The position numbers and the translations under genes are program-made. Positions 28,101 through 40,836 of a stretch of DNA of 41,366 nt are shown here, in pieces. Source of the DNA: Takakia lepidozioides (lineage: Eukaryota > Plantae > Bryophyta); NCBI GenBank assembly GCA_030704615.1, contig JAKLZA010000103.1, forward strand, positions 1 through 41,366, written 5' to 3'. Each line of letters starts with the position of its first letter. Position 1 is the stretch's first letter. The notes under the pieces are model-generated. The model made no database searches. It worked only from the letters and a program-made list of their open reading frames with translations, and had not been told where the DNA came from.

Positions 28101-31100
28101 TTCGAAGGCTCAACGGCTGGTTGGCCATCGAAATGATTTTGGTTCGCTTTGAGACTTGGCCAGTATGTTCAATGTACCATGTAAGAGGCCCCAAAGTAAT
28201 ATGAGATCAATCGAAATTTGTTCAACGGGCCAACGGATGGTTGCCCATCCAAATGATTTTCGTTCGCTTTGAGACTTGGCCGGTGTGTTCAACGTGCCCT
28301 CTGATACGTCCCAGTGTAATATGAGATCAATCGAAATTTGTTTGATGGGCCAATGAGGCGTTCAGTTGTCATCTGGTTTTTGTTCATTGCGAGAAAAAAA
28401 ATCCTGCAATGCGTGCACGACTATTGCACCCATTGAACGGATGGGTTGAAGCCCATCTTTTGCCCGCATGTGGTGCTTGAACATATGTTCGGAGACACAA
28501 TAGACGAATAAATCATCTGCCTCCCCATCGACGCGCTCACCCCTCAAGCCATTCCAGAACTTAATTGAATTTAAATTAATTTTAAGCCAATAAATAGGTT
28601 CGCACTGCCTTTCGTTGGGGGTTTCTGGCACGCATCGATTTTGTTTTGGTTCAATTTGTTCTGCGGCTTCAAGCATCCCACTGCTACTCCCCCGCCAAAA
28701 TTTGGACCAATACAAAATGCCCCCCCAAAAAAGTGTTCTCTTCGCTCACTATTGCATAACTCTTTATGAAGAGTGCATGAAGTAGAACGCAAAACAAGTC
28801 TGGAGTGCAAAATAGGGAAGAAACTGTGGTTTTGGGTCCAAATGAATCTTGATCGCTCCCAAATTTGGCACGCACGTTGCATATGGAGTCATTACATGCC
28901 CCATTCAAAAACAGAATGAAAAAAATAAACATGAACACGCGAAACACAGTCCAACAGGTCCCAAAGTAATAGCAGATCCAACGGAATACATTCAACGGGT
29001 GAACGGATGGTTGCCCATCCAAATCATTTTGTTTGCTTCCAAACTTTGCCAGTACGTTTGAGACATCCTCTCACAAGTCCCGGACTAATATGAGATCAAT
29101 CGAAATTCATTCGAAGGCTCAACGGCTGGTTGGCCATCGAAATGATTTGGTTCGCTTTGAGACTTGGCCAGTATGTTCAATGTACCATGTAAGAGGCCCC
29201 AAAGTAATATGAGATCAATCGAAATTTGTTCAACGGGCCAACGGATGGTTGCCCATCCAAATGATTTTCGTTCGCTTTGAGACTTGGCCGGTGTGTTCAA
29301 CGTGCCCTCTGATACGTCCCAGTGTAATATGAGATCAATCGAAATTTGTTTGATGGGCCAATGAGGCGTTCAGTTGTCATCTGGTTTTTGTTCATTGCGA
29401 GAAAAAAAAATCCTGCAATGCGTGCACGACTATTGCACCCATTGAACGGATGGGTTGAAGCCCATCTTTTGCCCGCATGTGGTGCTTGAACATATGTTCG
29501 GAGACACAATAGACGAATAAATCATCTGCCTCCCCATCGACGCGCTCACCCCTCAAGCCATTCCAGAACTTAATTGAATTTAAATTAATTTTAAGCCAAT
29601 AAATAGGTTCGCACTGCCTTTCGTTGGGGGTTTCTGGCACGCATCGATTTTGTTTTTGGTTCAATTTTGTTCTGCGGCTTCAAGCATCCCACTGCTACTC
29701 CCCCGCCAAAATTTGGACCAATACAAAATGCCCCCCAAAAAAAGTGTTCTCTTCGCTCACTATTGCATAACTCTTTATGAAGAGTGCATGAAGTAGAACG
29801 CAAAACAAGTCTGGAGTGCAAAATAGGGAAGAAACTGTGGTTTGGGTCCAAATGAATCTTGATCGCTCCCAAATTTGGCACGCACGTTGCATATGGAGTC
29901 ATTACATGCCCCATTCAAAAACAGAATGAAAAAAAATAAACATGAACACGCGAAACACAGTCCAACAGGTCCCAAAGTAATAGCAGATCCAACGGAATAC
30001 ATTCAACGGGTGAACGGATGGTTGCCCATCCAAATCATTTTTGTTTGCTTCCAAACTTTGCCAGTACGTTTGAGACATCCTCTCACAAGTCCCGGACTAA
30101 TATGAGATCAATCGAAATTCATTCGAAGGCTCAACGGCTGGTTGGCCATCGAAATGATTTTGGTTCGCTTTGAGACTTGGCCAGTATGTTCAATGTACCA
30201 TGTAAGAGGCCCCAAAGTAATATGAGATCAATCGAAATTTGTTCAACGGGCCAACGGATGGTTGCCCATCCAAATGATTTTCGTTCGCTTTGAGACTTGG
30301 CCGGTGTGTTCAACGTGCCCTCTGATACGTCCCAGTGTAATATGAGATCAATCGAAATTTGTTTGATGGGCCAATGAGGCGTTCAGTTGTCATCTGGTTT
30401 TTGTTCATTGCGAGAAAAAAAAATCCTGCAATGCGTGCACGACTATTGCACCCATTGAACGGATGGGTTGAAGCCCATCTTTTGCCCGCATGTGGTGCTT
30501 GAACATATGTTCGGAGACACAATAGACGAATAAATCATCTGCCTCCCCATCGACGCGCTCACCCCTCAAGCCATTCCAGAACTTAATTGAATTTAAATTA
30601 ATTTTAAGCCAATAAATAGGTTCGCACTGCCTTTCGTTGGGGGTTTCTGGCACGCATCGATTTTGTTTTGGTTCAATTTTGTTCTGCGGCTTCAAGCATC
30701 CCACTGCTACTCCCCCGCCAAAATTTGGACCAATACAAAATGCCCCCCAAAAAAAGTGTTCTCTTCGCTCACTATTGCATAACTCTTTATGAAGAGTGCA
30801 TGAAGTAGAACGCAAAACAAGTCTGGAGTGCAAAATAGGGAAGAAACTGTGGTTTTGGGTCCAAATGAATCTTGATCGCTCCCAAATTTGGCACGCACGT
30901 TGCATATGGAGTCATTACATGCCCCATTCAAAAACAGAATGAAAAAAAATAAACATGAACACGCGAAACACAGTCCAACAGGTCCCAAAGTAATAGCAGA
31001 TCCAACGGAATACATTCAACGGGTGAACGGATGGTTGCCCATCCAAATCATTTTTGTTTGCTTCCAAACTTTGCCAGTACGTTTGAGACATCCTCTCACA

Positions 31101-34100
31101 AGTCCCGGACTAATATGAGATCAATCGAAATTCATTCGAAGGCTCAACGGCTGGTTGGCCATCGAAATGATTTTGGTTCGCTTTGAGACTTGGCCAGTAT
31201 GTTCAATGTACCATGTAAGAGGCCCCAAAGTAATATGAGATCAATCGAAATTTGTTCAACGGGCCAACGGATGGTTGCCCATCCAAATGATTTTCGTTCG
31301 CTTTGAGACTTGGCCGGTGTGTTCAACGTGCCCTCTGATACGTCCCAGTGTAATATGAGATCAATCGAAATTTGTTTGATGGGCCAATGAGGCGTTCAGT
31401 TGTCATCTGGTTTTTGTTCATTGCGAGAAAAAAAATCCTGCAATGCGTGCACGACTATTGCACCCATTGAACGGATGGGTTGAAGCCCATCTTTTGCCCG
31501 CATGTGGTGCTTGAACATATGTTCGGAGACACAATAGACGAATAAATCATCTGCCTCCCCATCGACGCGCTCACCCCTCAAGCCATTCCAGAACTTAATT
31601 GAATTTAAATTAATTTTAAGCCAATAAATAGGTTCGCACTGCCTTTCGTTGGGGGTTTCTGGCACGCATCGATTTTGTTTTTGGTTCAATTTTGTTCTGC
31701 GGCTTCAAGCATCCCACTGCTACTCCCCCGCCAAAATTTGGACCAATACAAAATGCCCCCCAAAAAAAGTGTTCTCTTCGCTCACTATTGCATAACTCTT
31801 TATGAAGAGTGCATGAAGTAGAACGCAAAACAAGTCTGGAGTGCAAAATAGGGAAGAAACTGTGGTTTTGGGTCCAAATGAATCTTGATCGCTCCCAAAT
31901 TGGCACGCACGTTGCATATGGAGTCATTACATGCCCCATTCAAAAACAGAATGAAAAAAAATAAACATGAACACGCGAAACACAGTCCAACAGGTCCCAA
32001 AGTAATAGCAGATCCAACGGAATACATTCAACGGGTGAACGGATGGTTGCCCATCCAAATCATTTTGTTTGCTTCCAAACTTTGCCAGTACGTTTGAGAC
32101 ATCCTCTCACAAGTCCCGGACTAATATGAGATCAATCGAAATTCATTCGAAGGCTCAACGGCTGGTTGGCCATCGAAATGATTTTGGTTCGCTTTGAGAC
32201 TTGGCCAGTATGTTCAATGTACCATGTAAGAGGCCCCAAAGTAATATGAGATCAATCGAAATTTGTTCAACGGGCCAACGGATGGTTGCCCATCCAAATG
32301 ATTTTCGTTCGCTTTGAGACTTGGCCGGTGTGTTCAACGTGCCCTCTGATACGTCCCAGTGTAATATGAGATCAATCGAAATTTGTTTGATGGGCCAATG
32401 AGGCGTTCAGTTGTCATCTGGTTTTTGTTCATTGCGAGAAAAAAAAATCCTGCAATGCGTGCACGACTATTGCACCCATTGAACGGATGGGTTGAAGCCC
32501 ATCTTTTGCCCGCATGTGGTGCTTGAACATATGTTCGGAGACACAATAGACGAATAAATCATCTGCCTCCCCATCGACGCGCTCACCCCTCAAGCCATTC
32601 CAGAACTTAATTGAATTTAAATTAATTTTAAGCCAATAAATAGGTTCGCACTGCCTTTCGTTGGGGGTTTCTGGCACGCATCGATTTTGTTTTTGGTTCA
32701 ATTTTGTTCTGCGGCTTCAAGCATCCCACTGCTACTCCCCGCCAAAATTTGGACCAATACAAAATGCCCCCCAAAAAAAGTGTTCTCTTCGCTCACTATT
32801 GCATAACTCTTTATGAAGAGTGCATGAAGTAGAACGCAAAACAAGTCTGGAGTGCAAAATAGGGAGAAACTGTGGTTTTGGGTCCAAATGAATCTTGATC
32901 GCTCCCAAATTTGGCACGCACGTTGCATATGGAGTCATTACATGCCCCATTCAAAAACAGAATGAAAAAAAATAAACATGAACACGCGAAACACAGTCCA
33001 ACAGGTCCCAAAGTAATAGCAGATCCAACGGAATACATTCAACGGGTGAACGGATGGTTGCCCATCCAAATCATTTTTGTTTGCTTCCAAACTTTGCCAG
33101 TACGTTTGAGACATCCTCTCACAAGTCCCGGACTAATATGAGATCAATCGAAATTCATTCGAAGGCTCAACGGCTGGTTGGCCATCGAAATGATTTTGGT
33201 TCGCTTTGAGACTTGGCCAGTATGTTCAATGTACCATGTAAGAGGCCCCAAAGTAATATGAGATCAATCGAAATTTGTTCAACGGGCCAACGGATGGTTG
33301 CCCATCCAAATGATTTTCGTTCGCTTTGAGACTTGGCCGGTGTGTTCAACGTGCCCTCTGATACGTCCCAGTGTAATATGAGATCAATCGAAATTTGTTT
33401 GATGGGCCAATGAGGCGTTCAGTTGTCATCTGGTTTTTGTTCATTGCGAGAAAAAAAAATCCTGCAATGCGTGCACGACTATTGCACCCATTGAACGGAT
33501 GGGTTGAAGCCCATCTTTTGCCCGCATGTGTGTGCTTGAACATATGTTCGGAGACACAATAGACGAATAAATCATCTGCCTCCCCATCGACGCGCTCACC
33601 CCTCAAGCCATTCCAGAACTTAATTGAATTTAAATTAATTTTAAGCCAATAAATAGGTTCGCACTGCCTTTCGTTGGGGGTTTCTGGCACGCATCGATTT
33701 TGTTTTTGGTTCAATTTTGTTCTGCGGCTTCAAGCATCCCACTGCTACTCCCCCGCCAAAATTTGGACCAATACAAAATGCCCCCCAAAAAAAGTGTCTC
33801 TCTTCGCTCACTATTGCATAACTCTTTATGAAGAGTGCATGAAGTAGAACGCAAAACAAGTCTGGAGTGCAAAATAGGGAAGGAAGAAACTGTGGTTTTG
33901 GGTCCAAATGAATCTTGATCGCTCCCAAATTTGGCACGCACGTTGCATATGGAGTCATTACATGCCCCATTCAAAAACAGAATGAAAAAAAATAAACATG
34001 AACACGCGAAACACAGTCCAACAGGTCCCAAAGTAATAGCAGATCCAACGGAATACATTCAACGGGTGAACGGATGGTTGCCCATCCAAATCATTTTGTT

Positions 34101-37100
34101 TGCTTCCAAACTTTGCCAGTACGTTTGAGACATCCTCTCACAAGTCCCGGACTAATATGAGATCAATCGAAATTCATTCGAAGGCTCAACGGCTGGTTGG
34201 CCATCGAAATGATTTTGGTTCGCTTTGAGACTTGGCCAGTATGTTCAATGTACCATGTAAGAGGCCCCAAAGTAATATGAGATCAATCGAAATTGTTCAA
34301 CGGGCCAACGGATGGTTGCCCATCCAAATGATTTTCGTTCGCTTTGAGACTTGGCCGGTGTGTTCAACGTGCCCTCTGATACGTCCCAGTGTAATATGAG
34401 ATCAATCGAAATTTGTTTGATGGGCCAATGAGGCGTTCAGTTGTCATCTGGTTTTTGTTCATTGCGAGAAAAAAAATCCTGCAATGCGTGCACGACTATT
34501 GCACCCATTGAACGGATGGGTTGAAGCCCATCTTTTGCCCGCATGTGGTGCTTGAACATATGTTCGGAGACACAATAGACGAATAAATCATCTGCCTCCC
34601 CATCGACGCGCTCACCCCTCAAGCCATTCCAGACTTAATTGAATTTAAATTAATTTTAAGCCAATAAATAGGTTCGCACTGCCTTTCGTTGGGGGTTTCT
34701 GGCACGCATCGATTTTGTTTTTGGTTCAATTTTGTTCTGCGGCTTCAAGCATCCCACTGCTACTCCCCCGCCAAAATTTGGACCAATACAAAATGCCCCC
34801 CAAAAAAAGTGTTCTCTTCGCTCACTATTGCATAACTCTTTATGAAGAGTGCATGAAGTAGAGAACGCAAAACAAGTCTGGAGTGCAAAATAGGGAAGAA
34901 ACTGTGGTTTTGGGTCCAAATGAATCTTGATCGCTCCCAAATTTGGCACGCACGTTGCATATGGAGTCATTACATGCCCCATTCAAAAACAGAATGAAAA
35001 AAAAAAAACATGAACACGCGAAACACAGTCCAACAGGTCCAAAGTAATAGCAGATCCAACGGAATACATTCAACGGGTGAACGGATGGTTGCCCATCCAA
35101 ATCATTTTGTTTGCTTCCAAACTTTGCCAGTACGTTTGAGACATCCTCTCACAAGTCCCGGACTAATATGAGATCAATCGAAATTCATTCGAAGGCTCAA
35201 CGGCTGGTTGGCCATCGAAATGATTTTGGTTCGCTTTGAGACTTGGCCAGTATGTTCAATGTACCATGTAAGAGGCCCCAAAGTAATATGAGATCAATCG
35301 AAATTTGTTCAACGGGCCAACGGATGGTTGCCCATCCAAATGATTTTCGTTCGCTTTGAGACTTGGCCGGTGTGTTCAACGTGCCCTCTGATACGTCCCA
35401 GTGTAATATGAGATCAATCGAAATTTGTTTGATGGGCCAATGAGGCGTTCAGTTGTCATCTGGTTTTTGTTCATTGCGAGAAAAAAAAATCCTGCAATGC
35501 GTGCACGACTATTGCACCCATTGAACGGATGGGTTGAAGCCCATCTTTTGCCCGCATGTGGTGCTTGAACATATGTTCGGAGACACAATAGACGAATAAA
35601 TCATCTGCCTCCCCATCGACGCGCTCACCCCTCAAGCCATTCCAGAACTTAATTGAATTTAAATTAATTTTAAGCCAATAAATAGGTTCGCACTGCCTTT
35701 CGTTGGGGTTTCTGGCACGCATCGATTTTGTTTTGGTTCAATTTTGTTCTGCGGCTTCAAGCATCCCACTGCTACTCCCCCGCCAAAATTTGGACCAATA
35801 CAAAATGCCCCCCAAAAAAGTGTTCTCTTCGCTCACTATTGCATAACTCTTTATGAAGAGTGCATGAAGTAGAACGCAAAACAAGTCTGGAGTGCAAAAT
35901 AGGGAAGAAACTGTGGTTTTGGGTCCAAATGAATCTTGATCGCTCCCAAATTTGGCACGCACGTTGCATATGGAGTCATTACATGCCCCATTCAAAAACA
36001 GAATGAAAAAAAATAAACATGAACACGCGAAACACAGTCCAACAGGTCCCAAAGTAATAGCAGATCCAACGGAATACATTCAACGGGTGAACGGATGGTT
36101 GCCCATCCAAATCATTTTTGTTTGCTTCCAAACTTTGCCAGTACGTTTGAGACATCCTCTCACAAGTCCCGGACTAATATGAGATCAATCGAAATTCATT
36201 CGAAGGCTCAACGGCTGGTTGGCCATCGAAATGATTTTGGTTCGCTTTGAGACTTGGCCAGTATGTTCAATGTACCATGTAAGAGGCCCCAAAGTAATAT
36301 GAGATCAATCGAAATTTGTTCAACGGGCCAACGGATGGTTGCCCATCCAAATGATTTTCGTTCGCTTTGAGACTTGGCCGGTGTGTTCAACGTGCCCTCT
36401 GATACGTCCCAGTGTAATATGAGATCAATCGAAATTTGTTTGATGGGCCAATGAGGCGTTCAGTTGTCATCTGGTTTTGTTCATTGCGAGAAAAAAAAAT
36501 CCTGCAATGCGTGCACGACTATTGCACCCATTGAACGGATGGGTTGAAGCCATCTTTTGCCCGCATGTGGTGCTTGAACATATGTTCGGAGACACAATAG
36601 ACGAATAAATCATCTGCCTCCCCATCGACGCGCTCACCCCTCAAGCCATTCCAGAACTTAATTGAATTTAAATTAATTTTAAGCCAATAAATAGGTTCGC
36701 ACTGCCTTTCGTTGGGGGTTTCTGGCACGCATCGATTTTGTTTTTGGTTCAATTTTGTTCTGCGGCTTCAAGCATCCCACTGCTACTCCCCCGCCAAAAT
36801 TTGGACCAATACAAAATGCCCCCAAAAAAAGTGTTCTCTTCGCTCACTATGCATAACTCTTTATGAAGAGTGCATGAAGTAGAACGCAAAACAAGTCTGG
36901 AGTGCAAAATAGGGAAGAAACTGTGGTTTTGGGTCCAAATGAATCTTGATCGCTCCCAAATTTGGCACGCGTTGCATATGGAGTCATACATGCCCCATTC
37001 AAAACAGAATGAAAAAAAATAAACATGAACACGCGAAACACAGTCCAACAGGTCCCAAAGTAATAGCAGATCCAACGGAATACATTCAACGGGTGAACGG

Positions 37101-40024
37101 ATGGTTGCCCATCCAAATCATTTTTGTTTGCTTCCAAACTTTGCCAGTACGTTTGAGACATCCTCTCACAAGTCCCGGACTAATATGAGATCAATCGAAA
37201 TTCATTCGAAGGCTCAACGGCTGGTGGCCATCGAAATGATTTTGGTTCGCTTTGAGACTTGGCCAGTATGTTCAATGTACCATGTAAGAGGCCCCAAAGT
37301 AATATGAGATCAATCGAAATTTGTTCAAGGGCCAACGGATGGTTGCCCATCCAAATGATTTTCGTTCGCTTTGAGACTTGGCCGGTGTTTCAACGTGCCC
37401 TCTGATACGTCCCAGTGTAATATGAGATCAATCGAAATTTGTTTGATGGGCCAATGAGGCGTTCAGTTGTCATCTCTGTTTTGTTCATTGCAAAGAGAAA
37501 AAAAATCCTGCAATGCGTGCACGACTATTGCAACCCATTGAACGGATGGGTTGAAGCCCATCTTTTGCCCGCATGTGGTGCTTGAACATATGTTCGGAGA
37601 CACAATAGACGAATAAATCATTGCCTCCCCATCGACGCGCTCACCCTCAAGCCATTCCAGAACTTAATTGAATTTAAATTTAAATTAATTTTAAGCCAAT
37701 AAAATAGGTTCGCACTGCCTTTCGTTGGGGGTTCTGGCACGCATCGATTTTGTTTTTGGTTCAATTTTGTTCTGCGGCTTCAAGCATCCCACTGCTACTC
37801 CCCCGCCAAAATTTGGACCCATACAAAATGCCCCCAAAAAAAGTGTTCTCTTCGCTCACTATTGCATAACTCTTTATGAAGAGTGCATGAAGTAGAACGC
37901 AAAACAAGTCTGGAGTGCAAAATAGGGAAGAAAACTGTGGTTTGGGTCCAAATGAATCTTGATCGCTCCCAAATTTGGCACGCACGTTGCATATGGAGTC
38001 ATTACATGCCCATTCAAAAACAGAATGAAAAAAAATAAACATGAACACGCGAAACACAGTCCAACAGGTCCCAAAGTAATAGCAGATCCAACGGAATACA
38101 TTCAACGGGTGAACGGATGGTTGCCCATCCAAATCATTTTTGTTGCTTCAAAACTTTGCCAGTACGTTTGAGACATCCTCTCACAAGTCCCGGACTAAAT
38201 GAGATCAATCGAAATTCATTCGAAGGCTCAACGGCTGGTTGGCCATCGAAATGATTTGGTTCGCTTTGAGATTGGCCAGTATGTTCAATGTACCATGTAA
38301 GAGGCCCCAAAGTAATATGAGATCAATCGAAATTTGTTCAACGGGCCAACGGATGGTTGCCCATCCAAATGATTTCGTTCGCTTGAGACTTGGCCGGTGT
38401 GTTCACGTGCCCTCTGATACGTCCAGTGTAATATGAGATCAATCGAAATGTGTTGATGGGCCAATGAGGCGTTCAGTTGTCATCTGGTTTTTGTTCATTG
38501 CGAGAAAAAAAATCCTGCAATGCGTGCACGACTATTGCACCCATTGAACGGATGGGTTGAAGCCCATCTTTTGCCCGCATGTGGTGCTTGAACATATGTT
38601 CGGAGACAAAATAGACGAATAAATCATCTGCCTCCCCATCGACGCGCTAACCCCTCAAGCCATTCCAGAACTTAATTGAATTTAAATTAAATTTTAAGCC
38701 AATAAATAGGTTCGCACTGCCTTCGTTGGGGTTTCCTGGGCACGCATCGATTTGTTTTTGGTTCAATTTGTGTTCTGCGGCTTCAGCAGATCCCACTGCT
38801 ACTCCCCGCCAAAATTTGGACCAATACAAAAATGCCCCCCCAAAAAAAGTGTTCTCTTCGCTCACTATTGCATAACTCTTTATGAAGAGTGCATGAAGTA
38901 GAACCCAAAACAAGTCTGGAGTGCAAAATAGGGGAAGAAACTGTGGTTTTGGGTCCAAATGAATCTTGATCGCTCCAAATTTGGCACGCACGTTGCATAG
39001 GAGTCATTACATGCCCCCCATTCAAAAACAGAATGAAAAAAAATAAACATGAAACACGCCGAAACAAGTCCAACGGTCCCAAAGAGATAGCAGGATTTCC
39101 AACGGAATCCGTTACGGGTGACCGGATGGGTGCCATCCAAATACTTTTTGTTTTGCTTCCAAACTTGCCAGTACGTTGAGACATCCTCTCACAAGCCCGG
39201 ACTAATATGAGATCAATCGAAATCATTCGAAGGCTCAACGGCTGGTTGGCCATCGAAATGATTGGTTCGCTTTGAGACTTGGCCAGTATGTCAATGTGCC
39301 AGGTAAGAGGCCCCAAAGTAATATGAGATCAATCCGAAATGTTTTAACGGCCAACGGATGGTTGCCCATCCAAATGATTTTTTTTTTTATTAATTTTTGT
39401 TCGCTTGAGCTTGGCGGTGTGTTCAACGTGCCCTCGATACGTCCCAGTGTAATCTGAGATTCAATCGAAATTGTTTCGATGGCCAATGAGGCGTTCAGTT
39501 GTCATCTGGTTTTTGTTCATTGCGAAAAAAAAATCCTGCAATGCGTGCACGGACTATTGCACCCCATTGAACGGATGGTTGAAGCCCATCTTTGCCCGCA
39601 TGTGGGTGCTTTTGGCGAAATCGTTCGGAGACACAATAGACGAATAATCATCTGCCTCCCCATCACGCGATCCACCCTCAAGCCATTCCAGAACTTAAGT
39701 GAATTTAAATTATTTAAGCCAATAAATAGGTTAGCACTGCCTTTCGTTGGGGGTTTCTGGCACGCATCGATTTGTTTGGTTTCACTTTTGGTTGCGGAGT
39801 ATTTCTTCTTTTCAGCATCCCCATGCTACTCCCCGCCAAAATTGGGACCAATACAAATGCCCCCCCAAAAAACGTGTTCTCTTCGCTCACTATTGCATAA
39901 CTCTTATGAAGAGGGCATGAAAGTAGAACGCCAAAACAAGTCTGAGAGTGCAAAATAGGGAAGAAATTGGTTTGGGTCCAATGAATCTTGTCGCTCCCAA
40001 ATTTGGCACGCACGTTGCATATGG

Positions 40025-40400
40025 AGTACATTACAGTGCCCCATTCAACAAACGGAATGAAAAAAAAATAAACATGAACACGAGAAACACGTCCAACAGG
40101 TCCCAAAGTATAGCAGATCCAACGGAATACATTCAAAGGGTGAACGTGTTGTGCCCATCCAAATCATTTTGTTTGCTTCAAACTTTGCCAGTACGGTTGA
40201 GACATCCTTCCAAGTACATTACAGTGCCCCATTCAACAAACGGAATGAAAAAAAAATAAACATGAACACGAGAAACACGTCCAACAGGTCCCAAAGTATA
40301 GCAGATCCAACGGAATACATTCAAAGGGTGAACGTGTTGTGCCCATCCAAATCATTTTGTTTGCTTCAAACTTTGCCAGTACGGTTGAGACATCCTTCCA
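40025..40400. repeat. Exact 188-bp direct duplication (40025-40212 = 40213-40400) of the degraded array end, probable assembly artefact
   Basis: The two halves are base-for-base identical. This includes private deviations from the array consensus such as CAACAAACGGAATG, CACGAGAAACACGTCC and TTCAAAGGGTGAACGTGTTGTGCCC. Confidence 0.93.
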
Positions 40401-40830
40401 CCTCGATGAAATTCAGCGCCGTTTTTCCATCCGGGGAATGTTCTCTGTCGGCCAGGTGTCGGGCTCTCCCCAACAAGACGACTTCATCCAACGGGCCTCG
40501 GATAGAAAAACGGCGCCAAATTTCCATCCGAGGGATGATCTCAGTCGGCCAGGTGTCAGCCTCTCCCCCCGAGACGACTTCATCCAACGGGCCTCGGATG
40601 GAAATTCGGCACCGTTTTTCCATCCGGGGGATATTCTCTGTCGGCCAGGTGTCGGCCTCTCCCCCCGAGACGACTTCATCCAACGGGCCTTGGATGGAAA
40701 TTCGGCGTCGTTTTTCCATCCGGGGGATGTTCTCTGTCGGCCAGGTGACGGACTCACCCCCGAGACGACTTCGTCCGACCGGCCTCGGATGCAAATTCGG
40801 CGCTGTTTTTCCATCCGGGGGATGTTCTCT
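40401..40830. repeat. GC-rich 96-bp tandem repeat, ~4.5 copies, each with a hairpin CGGATGGAAA-N12-TTTCCATCCG
   Basis: Unit starts (CCTCG/CCTTG) fall at 40401, 40496, 40592, 40688 and 40783. The overlapping translations show a 32-aa periodicity. Confidence 0.95.
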
Positions 40831-40836
40831 AGCAGG

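Larger units (their letters stand above)
1..40212. repeat. Tandem array (satellite/macrosatellite-like) of a ~1.01-kb unit, ~40 head-to-tail copies
   Basis: The same marker sequence starts at 786, 1794, 2806, 3821, 4834, 5846 ... 36175, 37181, 38196, 39203 (39 occurrences, spacing ~1004-1019 bp). The same short ORF fragments recur every ~1012 bp in the ORF track. The array is already running at position 1. Confidence 0.99.

Noticed and set aside
77-40259. Hundreds of 60-177 aa ORFs in the ORF track within the array
   Set aside because: They are the same few fragments repeated per unit in overlapping frames on both strands. Many start at non-ATG codons, they change with each homopolymer indel, and none shows a recognisable domain.
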